DNA of 64,000 bases, from contig CAZUBO010000003.1 of assembly GCA_964618955.1 (NCBI GenBank), positions 5,250 to 69,249 on the forward strand, in the 5' to 3' direction. The stretch comes from an uncultured Candidatus Saccharibacteria bacterium. GTDB taxonomy: Bacteria; Patescibacteriota; Minisyncoccia; UBA6257; JAKLIH01. Shown here one piece after another: positions 45,860 through 56,744 of this stretch (the first letter of the stretch is position 1; each line of letters begins with the position of its first letter). Made by a program: the position numbers and the translations under genes. The notes beneath the pieces were generated by a model. The model ran no database searches and was not told the DNA's origin. It saw only the letters and a list, made by a program, of their open reading frames with translations.

Positions 45860-45937
45860 TTACATATTTAAAATGCCTTAAACGGCATTTTAAATTGACA
45901 AATATATTGTTCTTTGCTAAAGTATAGCCATTAATAT

Positions 45938-46198
45938 ATGATAAATATGAAAAGTATGAAAAACTTAAAAGATGATTTCGATCACCATATTGTAGGTATT
46001 ACTACGGTTAGTGAACGCGGTCAGATCGTTATTCCCAAGAATATTCGCGATCAATTAAAAATTGATAAAGGTAGTCAATTTCTAATGATTTTTAATGGTG
46101 ATGGCTTGATGCTAGTAACCCTCGAATCAATGAGAAAACTATCCAATCATTTGTCCAAAGAAATTAAAAAAGTTAATAAACTTATTAAAAGAAACTAA
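45938..46198 (+). CDS. AbrB/MazE/SpoVT-family DNA-binding protein
   Basis: TTVSERGQIVIPKNIRDQLKIDKGSQF swapped-hairpin motif. Its stop lies 1 nt before the membrane-fusion-protein gene start. Confidence 0.7.
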   Translation: MINMKSMKNLKDDFDHHIVGITTVSERGQIVIPKNIRDQLKIDKGSQFLMIFNGDGLMLVTLESMRKLSNHLSKEIKKVNKLIKRN

Positions 46199-46199
46199 T

Positions 46200-47810
46200 A
46201 TGTCAAATTTATTTAAAAAATTGTATTCAAAATTACCAAAAAAATTACAAAGATTATTTAAAAATAAAAGATTTTTAATTTCTTTTTCCGTAATTGTAAT
46301 TTTGGTTTTGTTAATTCTCTCTAGTTCCAACAAGAATAAAAAGCAACCAGAAGTATTTACTGTTGTAAAGGGAACAGTAATTCAAGAAGTTAGTTTGACG
46401 GGTAGTGTCAAACCTACTCAGAATATTGATTATGCCTTTGATCGCTCTGGTCGTATTTCTAAGATCTATGTAAAGACTGGCGATATCGTTGAGACTAATA
46501 CCTCTTTAATATCATTAGACAATGCTGATACTTATGCTCAATATCAGCAAGCTTTGGCAGCTTTACGTATTCAGCAAATTAAATTAGATAATTATCGTAA
46601 GGGAACTAGAATCGAAGATCTTCAAATTGCTCAAAATCAATTTGATGATGCTGATCAAAAGTTAGCTATAGCTTATAAAAATATGTATAGCTATTTGTTC
46701 AGTCACTATAATTTAATTGAAAAATTAGTTGTTACTGATATGAACTCTATCTTTAACTATATGGGTGCTTGAAATGTTCAAACCCCAATCTATAATTCAA
46801 CTTTTAAAACCTGTCATAATGTTAATTTTAATTCTCCTTTAATTTTACGCAAGAATTTTGAAAATTCTTTGAATACTTGAAAGGCTGAATTAAATTCAAT
46901 TTCTAGCTTAGATCGTTCTGCTATATATGGCGAAAGTTTGAAAGTAAAAGTCTATTTAGATGAAGCTTATGATTTAATCGCTAGTATCAATAATATTATT
47001 GACCCTAATTGTAATCTTCAATCTGGAACCGACCGAACTACTATCGAAACTCATAAGACTAATGCGCTAGCTATTCAAACTTCTATTGAGACAGTTCGCA
47101 ATACTTTTTTGCAGAACAAAAGTTCTTTAGATACTTTGACTTTAGCATATAATTCAGCCAAACAGAATCTAGATATTAAGAAAAATCCATATACTATTGA
47201 TGATATCATGACCCAAGAGGCAATTGTTGCTCAATCCCAAGCTAGTGCTGATAGTGCTTTAGCTAACTATAATAAGACTATCTTAAAAGCTCCTTTTGCT
47301 GGCAAGATTACTAAGATTATTCCTGGATTAGGCGATATTATTAGCCCTAATTCACCAGTAATTTCTTTAATTGGAGATGATACTTATCAGATTGAAGTAA
47401 ATATCTCTGAGGCTGATATTGCTAAAATTAAAGTTGGCAATACTGCCAAAGTCAATTTGGATGCTTATTCAAGTGATATTATCTTCCCAGCTTCAATTGT
47501 TCAAGTTGATTTATCGGCTAGTATAATTGATGGTGTTGCTAATTACCATTCAATTGTAAAATTCAACAACAAAGATCCTCGTATTATGCCAGGTATGACT
47601 GCTAATATCGATGTTTTGGCTTTGAAAAAAGACAATGTCATTTTAGTTCCTAGTAGAGCCGTTACCACTAAAGACGGCAAGAAGTTCATCAAAGTTGTAA
47701 AAGGCAAAGAAAATGTTTTGACAAATGTCATAACTGGTATTCGTGGTTCCAATGGTAATACCGAAATTTTGTCAGGCGTTAAAGTTGGCGACAAAATAGT
47801 TTCTCAATAA
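46200..47810 (+). CDS. MacA/HlyD-family membrane fusion protein (second copy)
   Basis: Transmembrane anchor, lipoyl-like ISKIYVKTGDIVETNTSLISLD, coiled coil, beta-barrel. Two in-frame TGAs. Confidence 0.75.
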
Positions 47811-47825
47811 TTCTAAATTTGCACT

Positions 47826-48548
47826 ATGTCATTAATTACAATCAAAAATTTAACCAAAATCTATTCCAGTGAAGGTATTGATACCAATGCCTTAAACGGT
47901 GTTAATCTTAATATCTCTGAGGGGGAGTTTGTAGCTATCATGGGGCCTTCTGGATCTGGTAAGTCTACCTTGTTACAAATCCTTGGCTGTTTAGAGCGTA
48001 TTACAACTGGTCAATATTTTTTTGAAGACAAAGAATTAAATACCTATACTGATGATGAATTGGCTAATATTCGTAATCGTAAGATGGGGTTTGTTTTTCA
48101 ATCTTTTAATTTATTACCTCGTTTAACAGTTTTTGAAAATGTTAAGTTACCCCTAATCTATACTGAAGAGATGAAAGAAGTTGAAAAATGCAATCGCGCT
48201 AAGAAATTGATCTCTCTAGTTGGTTTAGAAGAAAGAAGTAATTACAAATCTACCAAATTATCTGGTGGTCAAAAACAAAGAGTCGCTATTGCTAGAGCTC
48301 TAATTAATGAACCTAAAGTTATCTTTGCCGATGAACCTACTGGTAGTTTGGATTCAAAATCTGGTGAGACTGTATTACGTTTTTTACAAGATTTAAATGA
48401 TTCCGGGAAGACTATCATTCTTGTTACTCACGAATCCGAAGTAGCTGAGTCAGCCAAAAGAATCATTCATATCAAAGATGGTCTTATCGATAAGGATGAG
48501 CTTGTGCTTAATCGTCGTATTATTGCTTCTCAAGGTTTTAATAAATAA
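47826..48548 (+). CDS. MacB/LolD-type ABC ATPase (second copy)
   Basis: GPSGSGKST, LSGGQKQR, IFADEPTGSLD. Confidence 0.9.
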   Translation: MSLITIKNLTKIYSSEGIDTNALNGVNLNISEGEFVAIMGPSGSGKSTLLQILGCLERITTGQYFFEDKELNTYTDDELANIRNRKMGFVFQSFNLLPRLTVFENVKLPLIYTEEMKEVEKCNRAKKLISLVGLEERSNYKSTKLSGGQKQRVAIARALINEPKVIFADEPTGSLDSKSGETVLRFLQDLNDSGKTIILVTHESEVAESAKRIIHIKDGLIDKDELVLNRRIIASQGFNK

Positions 48549-48557
48549 TTTTTTAAT

Positions 48558-49796
48558 ATGAATATCAAAGATAATATTAAAATGGCCTATAAAGATATTA
48601 TAGCGTATAAATCTCGTTCAGTTCTAACTGTACTAGGTATTGCTATTGGTATTACTGCCATTATCTTAGTTATGGCTATTGGTAATAGCGCTAAGAAGTC
48701 CATAACTAGCCAAATTCAAAGTTTAGGACCAACTAATGTATATATTATTCCTGGTAAGATGTCCGAGATGATGCAGGGTGGTGGTTCTGGCCAAGATAGT
48801 TTAAAAGACAAAGATTTAGATGATTTGAAAAAGAAATCTAATGTTCCGAATCTAGTAAATGTTGTTCCGATCATTTCTAATATGGGGAATGCCAGCTTTG
48901 AATCAGAAGATTATCGTGTTACCATAATCGGCAGTGGTCCGGAAGCTTTTGATCTAATGAAATTAAAAATTATTGAAGGTTCGATATTTATGCAAGAAGA
49001 TGTCGATAGCATGTCTTCTGTTGCTGTTATTGGTTTTAAAGTCAAAGATAAGCTTTTTGGGTCCGACGATGCTATTGGCAAAAAGATTAAATTAAAAGAA
49101 AAATATTTTAGAGTTATTGGTGTTACTGAGGCTAAAGGTCAGGGAATGGGTGGTGTAAATTATGATAATACTGTTACCGTACCCTATACTACATTACAAA
49201 GAAAAATTCTTGGTATTAAATATTTTCAAGAATTAATTGTTAAGATTGATACTGAAGCTAATATTAAAACTGCTATTTCTGATATGGAATTAGTTCTTAG
49301 GAATAATCATAACATTAATGATCCTTCCAAAGATGACTTTTCAATTCAAACTCAAGAAGACGTTGTAAAATCAGTTAATAGCATTTTAGGGGTTTTAACT
49401 ATCTTACTTTCGTCAGTAGCAGCTATCTCTTTAGTCGTTGGTGGTGTCGGGGTTATGAATATGATGTTGACTTCCGTTACTGAAAGAACCCGAGAAATTG
49501 GTCTTCGTAAAGCTCTGGGGGCTACGAATAAACATATTCTTTATCAATTCTTAACTGAGGCAATTCTCTTAACTTTTGGTGGTGGGCTTTTTGGAATCTT
49601 CTTTGGTTTTGTTCTAAGTTTGGGATTAATTACAGCATTTAATATATCTGGAACTTTTGATTTTGTTTTTTCTTTTCCTTTTTCCGGAGCTTTTATGGGG
49701 GTGTTGGTTTCTAGTATTGTTGGTTTTACTTTCGGTATTTACCCAGCTTACCAAGCTTCTAAGAAAAGCCCAATGGATGCTCTGCGATATGAATAG
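48558..49796 (+). CDS. MacB/FtsX-type ABC permease (second copy)
   Basis: GGVGVMNMMLTSVTERTREIGLRKALGA; YPAYQASKKSPMDALRYE. Confidence 0.9.
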   Translation: MNIKDNIKMAYKDIIAYKSRSVLTVLGIAIGITAIILVMAIGNSAKKSITSQIQSLGPTNVYIIPGKMSEMMQGGGSGQDSLKDKDLDDLKKKSNVPNLVNVVPIISNMGNASFESEDYRVTIIGSGPEAFDLMKLKIIEGSIFMQEDVDSMSSVAVIGFKVKDKLFGSDDAIGKKIKLKEKYFRVIGVTEAKGQGMGGVNYDNTVTVPYTTLQRKILGIKYFQELIVKIDTEANIKTAISDMELVLRNNHNINDPSKDDFSIQTQEDVVKSVNSILGVLTILLSSVAAISLVVGGVGVMNMMLTSVTERTREIGLRKALGATNKHILYQFLTEAILLTFGGGLFGIFFGFVLSLGLITAFNISGTFDFVFSFPFSGAFMGVLVSSIVGFTFGIYPAYQASKKSPMDALRYE

Positions 49797-49903
49797 TTCT
49801 AAATTTAATTTAAAACAATCGAAATGGTTTTTTACCGATTTCGGTTGTTTTTTTATTTAAAAAGTGATATATTTTTAATATATTTAAAAGTTAAAAACAA
49901 ATT

Positions 49904-50548
49904 ATGAAAAATAAAATATATATCTATTTCTCTTTAGCCTTAATTATTCTAAGCTTTTGCTTGGGAAGTATAGCTTATCCACTTTTGCCTTCTAGAATAG
50001 CTTCTCATTGAAACTATTTAGGTCAAGTCGATGGTTATTCTTCAAAGTTTTGGGGTATATTTCTATTACCAATAGTAATGCTTATTGCTTTTGTTTTTAT
50101 GAAATTTTTTCAAAAACTAGATCCTAAATCAGAAAATATTAAAAAATTTGAAACAAGCTATAACAGTTTTCTTTTTGTTTTCAATATTTTCTTTTTTGTT
50201 ATCTTTTCGTTTACTTTACTTTGAAGTTTAGGTATTTATTTGTATATCAATAAATTAATGGCTTTGTTGTTAGCCTTTTTGTTTTATTTCGTTGGCAATC
50301 TTCTCAAAGTTACCCAACAAAACTATTTTATTGGTATTCGCACTCCTTGAACTCTTCATAGCGAAATTGTTTGAAACAAAACTAATGCTTTAGGTGGTAA
50401 GCTTTTTCAAGTTGTAGCGGGTTTAAGTTTGATTGGTTTGCTTTATCCTAATTATTGATTAGCTTTAGTTTTCATTCCTTTGTTTTTTGTTATATTCTAT
50501 ATCTACATTTATTCTTATCTTGAATTTAAAAAACTTCAAAATCATTAA
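49904..50548 (+). CDS. SdpI/YhfL-family membrane protein (DUF1648 + SdpI)
   Basis: IASH-W-NYLGQVDGY and FIGIRTP-W-TLHSEIV-W-NKTN. Absent from the track because of six in-frame TGAs. Confidence 0.7.
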
Positions 50549-50577
50549 TATCATTAATAATTTTTTAAAAAAATTTT

Positions 50578-51255
50578 ATGAAAAACAAAAAAATATATTT
50601 TCTTTCTTTGCTAGTCCTAATTATCATTGGTATTGTTCTAGCCCTTCGTTTTTCAACTAATGAAGACACTTGGCTTTGTAAGAATGGTATTTGGGAAAAA
50701 CATGGTAATCCTTCAGCTCCAAAACCAACTACTGGTTGTGATAATCAAACTAATGTTAATCAAGAAGAAAATCTAATTGTTAAAGACAATGATGGTAAAG
50801 TTGTTACTGATGATTTTGAAATCAATTTACCTTATGGTTGATACAAATTAGACAATCCTATTCCGGGAGTAACTTTAATGGTTGTTAATGGTAGTGAACA
50901 ACCTCAAGATACAATTACTAAAAAAATTAATTTTCATTCATATTTTGCCATAACTTACGATACTACCTCCAAAACTTTAAATGACTTTTTACCAGAATAC
51001 GAAAACAAAATTAAAAGTACTATTCCTAATGCTAAGATTGAAAATATTAATGATGTTACTATTAATGGCTATCAAGCCAAAGCTTTCGAAATATTAACTT
51101 CTCAACAAAATGTTAACATGCGTGTCTTTGTTGCTATCATAAAAGGCAATAACAATGATATTTGAGTTTTTACTCTGAATACCACTGAACAACTTTGAGC
51201 TAATTACCAAACTTTCATTCCTGACATTCTAAATACCTTCAAAATCAAAAAATAA
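50578..51255 (+). CDS. secreted/anchored hypothetical protein
   Basis: N-terminal transmembrane segment; three in-frame TGAs; no family recognised. Confidence 0.5.
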
Positions 51256-51258
51256 CCC

Positions 51259-51294
51259 AAACAGCTAGCAGATATGATTGCTAGCTGTTTTCTT
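51259..51294 (+). terminator. intrinsic terminator
   Basis: Stem aacagctagc/gctagctgtt followed by tt. Confidence 0.65.
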
Positions 51295-51355
51295 GATTTT
51301 AAAGTTAATATGTGATAGATTTGTATTAGTAATTCAAATTTAAAGGAGGAATATA

Positions 51356-51550
51356 ATGATTACACTGGGTGATGTTTTGTGCTTTGCTTTTGTCTTGATA
51401 GACGAACTATTATACGATATAGCCAACGTAGTTATTGTTGCCGTGATGCTATTATTATCTCCGATCATAATAGCAATTGTTATTCCTTTCGCTATACTGT
51501 GCCTAATGGACACAAGCAAAACTGCCGATCATTATTGACGGCAGTTTTAA
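51356..51550 (+). CDS. small two-helix membrane protein
   Basis: AAAGGAGG RBS. TGA 51536-51538 lies in the terminator loop, and TAA follows three codons later. Confidence 0.5.
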
Positions 51551-51620
51551 ATTGTTTTGTATTTTTCCAACCCTTGATTTTTAAAGTTTTTTTTGGTAGT
51601 ATATCTAAGTAAAAATATAT

Positions 51621-51692
51621 TCCGCGGTAGTTGAGTGGTACAACGCCTCCCTGTTAAGGAGGATTTCGTAGGTCCGAGTCCTACCCGCGGAG
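51621..51692 (+). tRNA. tRNA-Asn (anticodon GTT)
   Basis: Acceptor tccgcgg/ccgcgga, anticodon stem cctcc/ggagg with loop ct-GTT-aa, T arm gtagg-tccgagt-cctac. The overlapping minus-strand track ORF 51547-51831 is spurious. Confidence 0.85.
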
Positions 51693-51726
51693 CTAGCACA
51701 CATTTTAAATTCAAGGAGGTCCTATA

Positions 51727-51828
51727 ATGGGCGGACAAGTTAAAGGAGAGAGAGAAAAGAAAAAGAAAAAAACCAACGGGAAAGGACAAAAAGTTTGGGT
51801 AAACCAACATCCGAAAAAGAAGCGCTAA
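51727..51828 (+). CDS. candidate 33-aa highly basic peptide
   Basis: AAGGAGG lies 7 nt upstream of the ATG. Sequence MGGQVKGEREKKKKKTNGKGQKVWVNQHPKKKR. A hairpin follows. Too short for the track. Confidence 0.35.
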   Translation: MGGQVKGEREKKKKKTNGKGQKVWVNQHPKKKR

Positions 51829-51941
51829 CACAAGCTAGGAGCTAAAGCCCTCCTGGCTTTACTCGTTTCTATATATTTTTGTTTGCAAAATTCTTATAAA
51901 ATATGATATAATAAAGATAATAAATACTTTAATTAATTATT

Positions 51942-52598
51942 ATGAAAACAGCTATTATTACCGGAGCAAGTGATGGACTTGGGCTAAAAATTTCTGAAAA
52001 ACTTTTAAAAAATGGTTGGAAAATTATTGGATTATCAAGAACTAAACCTAATCTTGATATTGAGTATATCAAAACAGACTTAACCAAAGAAAGTGATATT
52101 AATAATGCTATTAATAAGATAAAAGAAAGATATTCATTGTTTGATTGTTTGATTAACTGCGCTGGTATTATGAGTGTTCAAAAAATGAAAGATCTGGATT
52201 ATTCTGAGATTGATAACTTATTTAAGATAAATGTTTTAACACCAATCAAACTTACTTCTGGTTTGATAGAAAATATTAAAGCGAATGAATCTGATATTGT
52301 TAACGTTGGTTCAACAGTTGGTTTTAAGGCATATAAAGACCAGTGCGCCTATGGCTCATCAAAATGGGCTCTTCGCGGGGTAACTGAAAATTTACAACTT
52401 GAATTAAAGGGAACTAAATGTCGTGTAATTGGCTTTAACCCAGGTGGTTTCAAATCTAGAATTTTTGAAAAAGCTACTGGGATAAAACCAAATTTAGATG
52501 CCTATATGGATCCTGAACATTTAGCTAATCTTTTAGTCTATCTACTCGAAATGCCAAAAACTTTAGAAGTTTCTCAAATAATAATAAATAGAAAATAA
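51942..52598 (+). CDS. short-chain dehydrogenase/reductase
   Basis: TGASDGLG, NCAG, S...YGSSK catalytic motif. Confidence 0.85.
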   Translation: MKTAIITGASDGLGLKISEKLLKNGWKIIGLSRTKPNLDIEYIKTDLTKESDINNAINKIKERYSLFDCLINCAGIMSVQKMKDLDYSEIDNLFKINVLTPIKLTSGLIENIKANESDIVNVGSTVGFKAYKDQCAYGSSKWALRGVTENLQLELKGTKCRVIGFNPGGFKSRIFEKATGIKPNLDAYMDPEHLANLLVYLLEMPKTLEVSQIIINRK

Positions 52599-52610
52599 TT
52601 AAAAAATTAT

Positions 52611-53057
52611 ATGAAAAATATTCATCTTAATGCCAAATGGCTTATAAAGGCTCCTCTATCAGAAGTATTTAATATAATGACTGACTTTGAGAAATGGCCT
52701 GAGTATTTTCCAAAAGTTGCTGAATCAATACAAGTCATAAAGCGCGAAGGAAATAATTTGGAAATGAATGTGACTATTAATTCGTTTGGCCAAAAGTTTC
52801 CAGCAAAAATGAAAACCCAAATCCTCCCTGGAAAGGGGTTCATTTCAGATAATGAAAGCCCTAAATTTGGAACTTCTGGACATGAAGAATTATTACTCTC
52901 TGAACACCCAGAAGGAACCATGATTGATTATACTTATCAAGTTATTATCCATAAACGTTGACTCCGTGTAATTGCACGACCACTAATTGGTTGGTTTTCT
53001 ATGAAATACTGACAAAAAGCCGTTATAGATGAACTAAGAAAAAGACTTGAGAGATAA
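52611..53057 (+). CDS. SRPBCC (polyketide cyclase/START-like) protein
   Basis: APLSEVFNIMTDFEKWPEYFP pattern. Two C-terminal in-frame TGAs. Confidence 0.6.
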
Positions 53058-53169
53058 AAGACTGGGGGTACATTATGTTGTTATCGTTTAATAAGTATAA
53101 GACTTCTAATTTGCAAATTTCATATAAACTATGATATAATAGACGTAACAAAGATTTTAATTAATCAAT

Positions 53170-54339
53170 ATGAAAAATAAAAATATTTTAATAGCTTTGT
53201 TGTTAATTTTAATAACGTTTACATTTTTTATTTTATGGTTAAAAAATATCGATAAGTCAATTACTGTAAAAAATAAAACAATAGTAACTGAAATTATTAA
53301 TTCCCCTAATATAGCAATAGATTATGATAGTTTGCCCGATATTGATACAATTGACACTAATACTGGAAAAAATATTTTTCAAGGTGTGGCGTATGAAATA
53401 CGGACAGATAAGACAACTAATAGTATTGATTTGGGTATTTCTAATACACGATCAAATATATCATATTATCTAACAGCCAAATTACAAGATATACAAATAT
53501 TAAGTAACGATGGTATTTTGATAAATGCAGCGTGAGATGATCTACAGGAAGGATCAATTGCTAAAGTAATTGGTGGACAAGCAGATGCAACTGGCGGATG
53601 TTGTTCCTCTATTATAGAAAATTTTGAACAAGTTATATTACTGTCAAAACCTACATTAGGTATGGAGAAAACTTTTACTGGAACTTTTACTGGAGCTGCA
53701 TCGGATGTCTACAGTTTTATTTTAGACAGTAATCAAGGTTTAAAAATTGACAAAGGTTTTGATAATGAACCTAATTTTATTAAGGTAACTCGACCACAAA
53801 AATATTATCTGAAATTGAAAAATATGACCGAAGCTTTATTGTTACCAAATAATTATTTTGGCCAAAATGTTCTTTATGCTGGAAAGTCAGCTATCTCAGG
53901 GATTGCTGTTTGTCCAACGGAAAATTACCCTTGTTTTATCAAATCTGACAAAATTAGTTTTTTAGCCTTAAAGAATACAAATCCTAATGATAAATTCAAT
54001 GTCAAGGGAAAATTATCATATAAATTCGATGGCGATGAATCTAATATCTTATTAAAAATTCCAAAATCCGATGGATCTTTTTCCGATTCTGAATTTTTAG
54101 ATATTAATTCTTCAACAAAAATATATTTATATGATAATAATTATAAACAAAATATTACCTTTGACGAATATAAAACAATGAAATTTCCAAACCTAGATAA
54201 ACCAGCTGACAAATTAACAACAACGGTTGAAGCTAACGGAACTTTTGTTTGTCCCCCATTAACTGCTATTGCTAATGGATCTAAAAATTTTGTAAATTGT
54301 AACTATATATTAGATACATTAGTATTAAAAAATAATTAA
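53170..54339 (+). CDS. secreted/anchored hypothetical protein (389 aa)
   Basis: N-terminal transmembrane segment; one in-frame TGA; no family recognised. Confidence 0.5.
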
Positions 54340-54493
54340 AACACAATTGTTTTTAGTTTAAATTTTAATCTTTTTATAATACAAAATTTCAAAAGTGTTT
54401 AGTAACGGGAGATAAAAAATTCAAGGATTTCTGTTGTAAAATATAACTAAAGGTGATATACTATTTATATAACAAAAAGATTAAAATATTAAT

Positions 54494-54637
54494 ATGAAAA
54501 AAACTAATTGATTGGGATTTCTAGGATTTTTAGGTTTCTTAGGGTTTCTGGGTTTTCAAAAAGGAGTTAGCCCTTGAGTATTTTTTAATTTCTTTCACTT
54601 CTTCCATTTCTTAAGATTTTTATCTAAGAAAAACTAA
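54494..54637 (+). CDS. 47-aa hydrophobic peptide with a (GFL)4 repeat
   Basis: MKKTN-W-LGFLGFLGFLGFLGFQKG...; two in-frame TGAs. Confidence 0.4.
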
Positions 54638-54651
54638 TAAAAATATTTAAT

Positions 54652-54879
54652 ATGGAAAATTCAAATAACGAAAAAGGCTGTTGCCAAGATTACAAGAAAT
54701 GTCATTGTGGTAATAACAATTGTGCTTCCAATGCTATTTATGGCCTTGGCTTAATTGGCTCCTTAGTATATTTCTTACAAAATTCACATAATTTTGGTGC
54801 TATACTACTTGGTATTGGCAAAGCAATTATTTGACCAGCAATTTTAATATTCAAATTTTTGTCTTTATTAAAACTATAA
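54652..54879 (+). CDS. 75-aa protein with Cys-rich N-terminus and two transmembrane helices
   Basis: GCCQDYKKCHCGNNNC, then YGLGLIGSLVYF ... GIGKAII-W-PAILIF. Confidence 0.5.
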
Positions 54880-54902
54880 TTTTCAAGAATAGCTCTCTTT
54901 TG

Positions 54903-54931
54903 AAAACAACACCCTAACGAGTGTTGTTTTT
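54903..54931 (+). terminator. intrinsic terminator
   Basis: Stem aacaacac/gtgttgtt followed by ttt. Confidence 0.7.
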
Positions 54932-54999
54932 AATATGCGAATTAAAACAATATACAAAAATCATCATTATCTATTGACTTTTTAACATTTGTATGATAG

Positions 55000-55019
55000 C
55001 ATTGTATTATAATACAATG
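55000..55019. promoter_or_regulatory. perfect 20-nt palindrome (candidate operator) with a third half-site at 55033-55043
   Basis: cattgtatta/taatacaatg; cattgtattat is repeated 14 nt downstream; 50 nt upstream of ATG 55072. Confidence 0.5.
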
Positions 55020-55071
55020 ATAACATACAAACCATTGTATTATGATGACATAAATGCAATAAAATCATAAA

Positions 55072-56331
55072 ATGAATCAAAAATTGCTGGATATAGTAAA
55101 AAGACAAAAGATTAGCCGAGACGATTTTTTAAGCAGACAATACGTACCCAGAACTCAACTTAAAGAAAAAGAAGAGCTTTTAAAGCCTAGTTTGATTAAA
55201 ATAATAACAGGTCCTAGGCGTGCTGGCAAATCAATTTTTCTTTTCCTTTTACTGAAGGGAACAGACTTTATGTATGCCAATTTTGATGATGAAGAGTTAT
55301 TAAGAAGCATAGACAGCAAAGAAGAATTTTTAGATGCCCTTCAGCTAGTTTATGGCCCCATAAAAACTATTTTATTAGATGAAATACAAAACCTAAGTAA
55401 TTGAGATTTGTTCTTAAATAAATTACAAAGGTATGGCTATAATGTCTTTGTCACTGGTTCCAACTCTAATTTATTAAGCAGTGAGTTTGCCAGTTCTTTA
55501 ACTGGTCGTTACAGAACTTTAGAAATATTACCATTTAGCTATGAAGAAAGTTTAAAAATTTTAAATATAGATCCAGATAATAATACTCAGCAAGTATTTA
55601 CCGTTGAATCATTATTAAAACATGGAGGTTTCCCGGAAATATTAATTAATAAAACTGATCTAGAAACTTTCATGGATAATTTGATATTTTCCATAATTTA
55701 TAAAGATATTACCAAAAGATATAAAATACGAGAGCCTAAAAAAATAGAATTATTAATAAACTATTTAATAGCTAATACCTGTAAGAATTTAAGTCATTCG
55801 AAGATTTCTTTTGCTACTCGCATAAAAAATTATCGTACTGTTGACAAATATTTAAATTTTGCAGAGAACAGTTATTTGTTTTTCTTTCTTTCCAGATTTA
55901 ATACCAAACCTTCTTCTAGATTAGCTTCTAATAAAAAAACATATATTATAGACAATGGTTTTTTGTCTTACAGAAATTTATTTATTTCTCCTAATTCCAG
56001 CATTTATTTAGAAAATTTAGTTTTTACCGAATTGCTCAAAAAAGGTTTTAGTTCTAATGCCAATTTGTTTTATTATAAAACTAAGACTAATAAAGAAATA
56101 GATTTTGCCGTAAAAGGCAATCAAACTGGTATAATACAATTAATTCAGGTTTGTTTTGATATCAGTAGCGAACAAACTGAAAAAAGAGAAACCCAAGCGT
56201 TAGTAGAGGCTAGTAATGAATTAAATTGTAATGATTTGATAATAATTACCATGTATGACGAAAAAGAAAAGATGATAGGCGGTAAAAAAATAAAGTTTGT
56301 ACCGTTCTGAAAATGAGCAACTAATCAATAA
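55072..56331 (+). CDS. AAA+ ATPase of the DUF4143/COG1373 type (second copy)
   Basis: GPRRAGKS, LLDEIQ, C-terminal YYKTKTNKEIDFAV. Three in-frame TGAs. Confidence 0.8.
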
Positions 56332-56333
56332 AT

Positions 56334-56370
56334 ACAAAAACACTATATTTTAAAATGGTGTTTTTGTATT
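56334..56370 (+). terminator. intrinsic terminator
   Basis: 10-bp stem acaaaaacac/gtgtttttgt. Confidence 0.6.
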
Positions 56371-56429
56371 GTAAAATAAAAGCAAAGGTGATATAATATC
56401 AATATAATTAAAAATTTAAATCTATTAAC

Positions 56430-56735
56430 ATGAAAAAACTTATTTATTGGTTACCACGTATTTTAGCAATATTTTTTATTCTTTTCATAAGCATATTCGC
56501 CTTTGATGTTTTTGGAAAGTCTCAATGATTTTTAGCTCTTCTAATTCATCTTATTCCTAGCTTTATTTTAATCATACTAACTATTATTGCTTGAAAACAT
56601 ACTCTTATCGGTGGTTTCCTGTTTTTATTAATGGGTTTATTGTCTATTGTTTCTTTTCAATCAGTTATAGTCATTCCTTCTCTTGTAATTGGTATAATTT
56701 TCTTACTAGAAAAATATTCATTAAAAAAATATTAA
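56430..56735 (+). CDS. small multi-pass membrane protein
   Basis: Three hydrophobic segments; two in-frame TGAs; absent from the track. Confidence 0.5.
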
Positions 56736-56744
56736 ATTTAAATT

